DNA from: a bacterium
Lineage (GTDB): Bacteria; Electryoneota; JAOADG01
Length of the DNA stretch: 64,000 nt
Assembly: GCA_963681965.1 (NCBI GenBank)
Contig: OY820579.1
Location: 512,001-576,000, forward strand
Direction of reading: 5' to 3'
The stretch's first letter is position 1; each line of letters starts with the position of its first letter. The notes beneath the pieces are model-generated. The model worked only from the letters and a program-made list of their open reading frames with translations. It did no database searches and was not told where the DNA came from. Below, one piece after another: positions 61,048-64,000 of the stretch. Position numbers and translations under genes: made by a program.

Positions 61048-61944
61048 ATGAAGCAGCAAAAATTGATTTGGTTGATTATTGGATTGGCGATTATCGCGCT
61101 AAGCGTGTTTGCCGGTTGCGGAAAAAACAGTAACGGACTTCGTCCTTCGGGAACGTTGGAAGCAACGGAGGTCTCGATTTCCCCGCTGTTGTCGGGTCGG
61201 GTTCTGGAATTGCGCAAACAGGAAGGCGACGAAGTTAAAGTCGGCGACACGCTGGTCGTGTTGGATACCGAATTGCTTGGCTTACAGCGAAACCAGAGTG
61301 AAGCACAGCTATCCGAGTTAGCGGCAGCATACGAGGCATTGCAGGCGCAAAAGACGCAGTGCGAGTTGCAGATCAAAAATTACTCCGACAAGCTTTCCCG
61401 GCAAACGACGTTGTTGGAAAAAGGTAGCAGCTCGCGACAAATCGTGGATGATTTAACTTCGCAACGCGACATAGCACAGTCGCAGTTGAAAGCGATTGCC
61501 GCACAATCGTCGGCAAATGTCGCACAACGGAGTCGCATCGAAGCGGGTAAGAAAATGATCGAGCGACAATTGCGCGACGGCGTGATCGTATCGCCGTTAA
61601 AAGGTACCGTTCTGGTGAAAGGGAGTGAACCGGGTGAGTCAGTTACGCCGCAGACGATCGTATACAAACTTTCGGATCTAACGAACCTGACGGTAAAGAT
61701 CTATCTCACCGAACCGGAAATGGGAAAAGTGAAGATCGGTCAAAAAGTCGTGTTGCGCGTGGATGCGCTCGACAAAAAGATTTTCGAAGGGGTGGTAAGC
61801 TTTATCAATCCAACTGCGGAATTCACACCGAAAAATATTCAGACCAAGAAGACGCGAGCCGATCTGGTCTTTGCCGTGAAATTGAATGTAGCCAATCCGA
61901 GCGGTGAACTGCACGGCGGAATGCCGATCGAAGCGGAGCTATAG
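61048..61944 (+). CDS. HlyD/YbhG-like membrane fusion protein
   Basis: SGTLEATEV, EGD.VK.GD, I.SP..G.V, AEFTPKNIQT...R..LVFAVK, GMP. Confidence 0.92.
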   Translation: MKQQKLIWLIIGLAIIALSVFAGCGKNSNGLRPSGTLEATEVSISPLLSGRVLELRKQEGDEVKVGDTLVVLDTELLGLQRNQSEAQLSELAAAYEALQAQKTQCELQIKNYSDKLSRQTTLLEKGSSSRQIVDDLTSQRDIAQSQLKAIAAQSSANVAQRSRIEAGKKMIERQLRDGVIVSPLKGTVLVKGSEPGESVTPQTIVYKLSDLTNLTVKIYLTEPEMGKVKIGQKVVLRVDALDKKIFEGVVSFINPTAEFTPKNIQTKKTRADLVFAVKLNVANPSGELHGGMPIEAEL

Positions 61945-62882
61945 TGTCGAATGGAACATTGGCAATCGATGTCGATCGAATCAAAAAAAAGTACGGCGCA
62001 ATCGAAGCGGTCAAACTGATATCGTTAACGGTTGCTCCCGGTGAAATCGTCGGTTTGATCGGTGCCGATGGTGCAGGAAAGACCTCGACGATCAAGATGA
62101 TCTGCGGGCTACTCGCGCCGGATGCCGGAACGATTCGCGTGTCGGGATTCGATGTTCGTAAATCAGCCGACGAAGTGAAAACCCGTCTCGGGTATATGCC
62201 GCAGCGATTCAGTCTATACTCCGATTTGTCGGTGGCGGAAAACATCCGGTTCTTTGCCGATCTGTTCAAATTGACGGAATCGCAGCGAGCGCAGCGCGTT
62301 GCGCGATTGTACGAATTTTCGAAACTCGGTCCGTTTCAGAAGCGGCGCGCCGGGCAGCTTTCGGGTGGTATGAAGCAGAAGTTGGCATTATGCTGCAATC
62401 TTATCCACGAGCCGGAAGTGATGGTGCTCGACGAACCTACCTTCGGGGTCGATCCGGTTTCGCGTCGCGAGTTGTGGGATATCCTCGGCGATCTGAAAAA
62501 GCGCGGATCGGGTCTGTTGGTGTCGACGGCATACATGGATGAAGCGGAATTGTGCGATCGGGTTTATCTGATGCATGAAGGACAATTTCTCTGTTCGGGT
62601 GAAACTAAATCGCTTCTGGCAAATTTCGAATATCAGTTGTTAGAACTGTTTCGGGATGAAATCGATTTTCATGTCTTCGAGCAGCTATCGAGTAAGATCG
62701 CACAACTAACTGGTGTCCATAGCGTGAATCGTTTCGGCGACCGGCTGCATGTCGCATTCGATCGCAAGATGGGGAGTGATCGAATTGTCGCGGAAGCGGA
62801 GCAATTCGGATTTCATTCGCATCCAACCCATCCTGTGATGGAAGATGTGTTTGTCAATAGGGTGCAGAACAATGGCAACTAA
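61944..62882 (+). CDS. ABC transporter ATP-binding protein (YbhF-like, first half)
   Basis: GADGAGKT, LSGGMKQKL, LDEPT.GVDP. Confidence 0.95.
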   Translation: MSNGTLAIDVDRIKKKYGAIEAVKLISLTVAPGEIVGLIGADGAGKTSTIKMICGLLAPDAGTIRVSGFDVRKSADEVKTRLGYMPQRFSLYSDLSVAENIRFFADLFKLTESQRAQRVARLYEFSKLGPFQKRRAGQLSGGMKQKLALCCNLIHEPEVMVLDEPTFGVDPVSRRELWDILGDLKKRGSGLLVSTAYMDEAELCDRVYLMHEGQFLCSGETKSLLANFEYQLLELFRDEIDFHVFEQLSSKIAQLTGVHSVNRFGDRLHVAFDRKMGSDRIVAEAEQFGFHSHPTHPVMEDVFVNRVQNNGN

Positions 62883-63636
62883 TCCACCTAACGAACAATA
62901 TGCCGTCGTAGCGCGCAATTTGACGAAGAAATTCGGATCATTCATCGCCGTCGACAATCTCTCGATTGAAGTGAAGCAAGGTGAAATCTTCGGATTTCTG
63001 GGTGCCAATGGTGCCGGTAAGACCACCGCGATCCGGATGTTTTGCGGGTTATTGGAGCCATCTTCGGGCGAAGCTTCGGTTGCCGGATGCAATCTGCTTC
63101 ACGAGGTGAAAGCGCTGAAACGCAAGATCGGCTACATGAGTCAGAAGTTCTCGCTCTATGACGATCTCTCGATCGAACAGAACATCGATCTATACGGCGG
63201 TATCTATTTACTCACCGACGAGCAGATTGCCACTCGAAAAGCGGAATTGCTCGCGAGTGTCGGATTAACCGGTATGGCGGATCGGGTGACGCGCGATCTG
63301 CCGTTGGGATATAAACAGCGCTTGGCGCTCGGTTGCAGCATTCTGCACCGCCCGCAGGTGGTGTTTCTCGACGAACCGACGAGCGGCGTCGATCCAGTCG
63401 CACGCCGAAAATTCTGGAACCTGATCTACCAAATCGCCGACAGCGGTATGACGGTATTCGTGACCACGCACTATATGGATGAAGCGGAGTATTGCAATCG
63501 CGTCAGTTTGATGGTTGCCGGAAAACTGCGCGCACTGGATACACCGACCGCATTGAAACGAATGACCGGTACCAGTTCGATGCAGGATGCGTTTCTGAAA
63601 TTGGTCGGCGAAGCGCCAGTGGAGGTGCCATTGTGA
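62872..63636 (+). CDS. ABC transporter ATP-binding protein (YbhF-like, second half)
   Basis: GANGAGKTT, LPLGYKQRL, FLDEPTSGVDP, TTHYMDEAE. Confidence 0.95.
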   Translation: MATNPPNEQYAVVARNLTKKFGSFIAVDNLSIEVKQGEIFGFLGANGAGKTTAIRMFCGLLEPSSGEASVAGCNLLHEVKALKRKIGYMSQKFSLYDDLSIEQNIDLYGGIYLLTDEQIATRKAELLASVGLTGMADRVTRDLPLGYKQRLALGCSILHRPQVVFLDEPTSGVDPVARRKFWNLIYQIADSGMTVFVTTHYMDEAEYCNRVSLMVAGKLRALDTPTALKRMTGTSSMQDAFLKLVGEAPVEVPL

Positions 63637-64000
63637 GACGGTTACTGGCAATCGCAATGAAGGAAGTTCTGCACATCAAGCGCGACCATCGCACGCTATT
63701 CGTCGCGATTGCCATGCCGATGGCGATGTTGATGCTATACGGATACGCGATCGACATGGAGTTGAAGCATGTCCGGATCGGGGTCTACGACCGGGATTGT
63801 AGTCCGGAAAGCCGTGCATTGGTGGAGCGAATCACGGCGGGCAACACTTTCGTGATCACTGAATACTTAAACGATCGTGCTGATTTCGAGAATGGATTCA
63901 AGGCGAACCGCTATCGGGCAATTCTCGCGATCGAACCGGGTTATGCGCACGATATCGCAACCAATAAAAATGCCGATTTTCAAGTCATTGTCGATGGCAG
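63633..64000 (+). CDS. ABC-2 permease (YbhS-like), truncated by the window end
   Basis: Manual translation from GTG 63633: MRRLLAIAMKEVLHIKRDHRTLFVAIAMP...LYGYAIDMELKHV...D.D.S.ESR.L. Confidence 0.9.
   Translation, partial: MRRLLAIAMKEVLHIKRDHRTLFVAIAMPMAMLMLYGYAIDMELKHVRIGVYDRDCSPESRALVERITAGNTFVITEYLNDRADFENGFKANRYRAILAIEPGYAHDIATNKNADFQVIVDG

Overview
A 64 kb bacterial chromosomal segment, about 50% GC by eye. Several secreted proteins end in a 'PNPFN...Y...G.YF..L...K..LLK' sorting domain, which suggests an FCB-superphylum lineage (Calditrichota/KSB1/Zixibacteria/Electryoneota-like; inference). Housekeeping and transport genes include gyrA, rex, typA, feoB with a DtxR-FeoA regulator, Nramp with an MgtE-like partner, a CPA2 antiporter, CapD and DegT sugar enzymes, and a TetR-TolC-HlyD-ABC efflux operon. 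Two features stand out. (1) A set of HK97-type phage head and DNA-packaging genes is split into four small co-oriented (+ strand) islands between 28.9 and 42.6 kb: putative scaffold, decoration protein, major capsid protein, head-tail adaptor, small and large terminase, portal and prohead protease. The islands are in permuted order, interleaved with ordinary cellular genes and host-like in composition. No integrase, replication, tail or lysis cassette is visible in the window. This is a candidate domesticated, multi-locus gene-transfer-agent-like particle, and its large terminase appears to need a -1 frameshift at T_TTC_CCT followed by a hairpin. (2) A REP/RAYT system: two REP-associated tyrosine transposases, many GTAG/GGAG-headed palindrome families in intergenic clusters, and REPs inserted in frame into loops of two paralogous secreted SBBP beta-propeller genes. 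One paralog has been broken by a REP-to-REP indel. All calls come from reading the sequence; no database searches were run.
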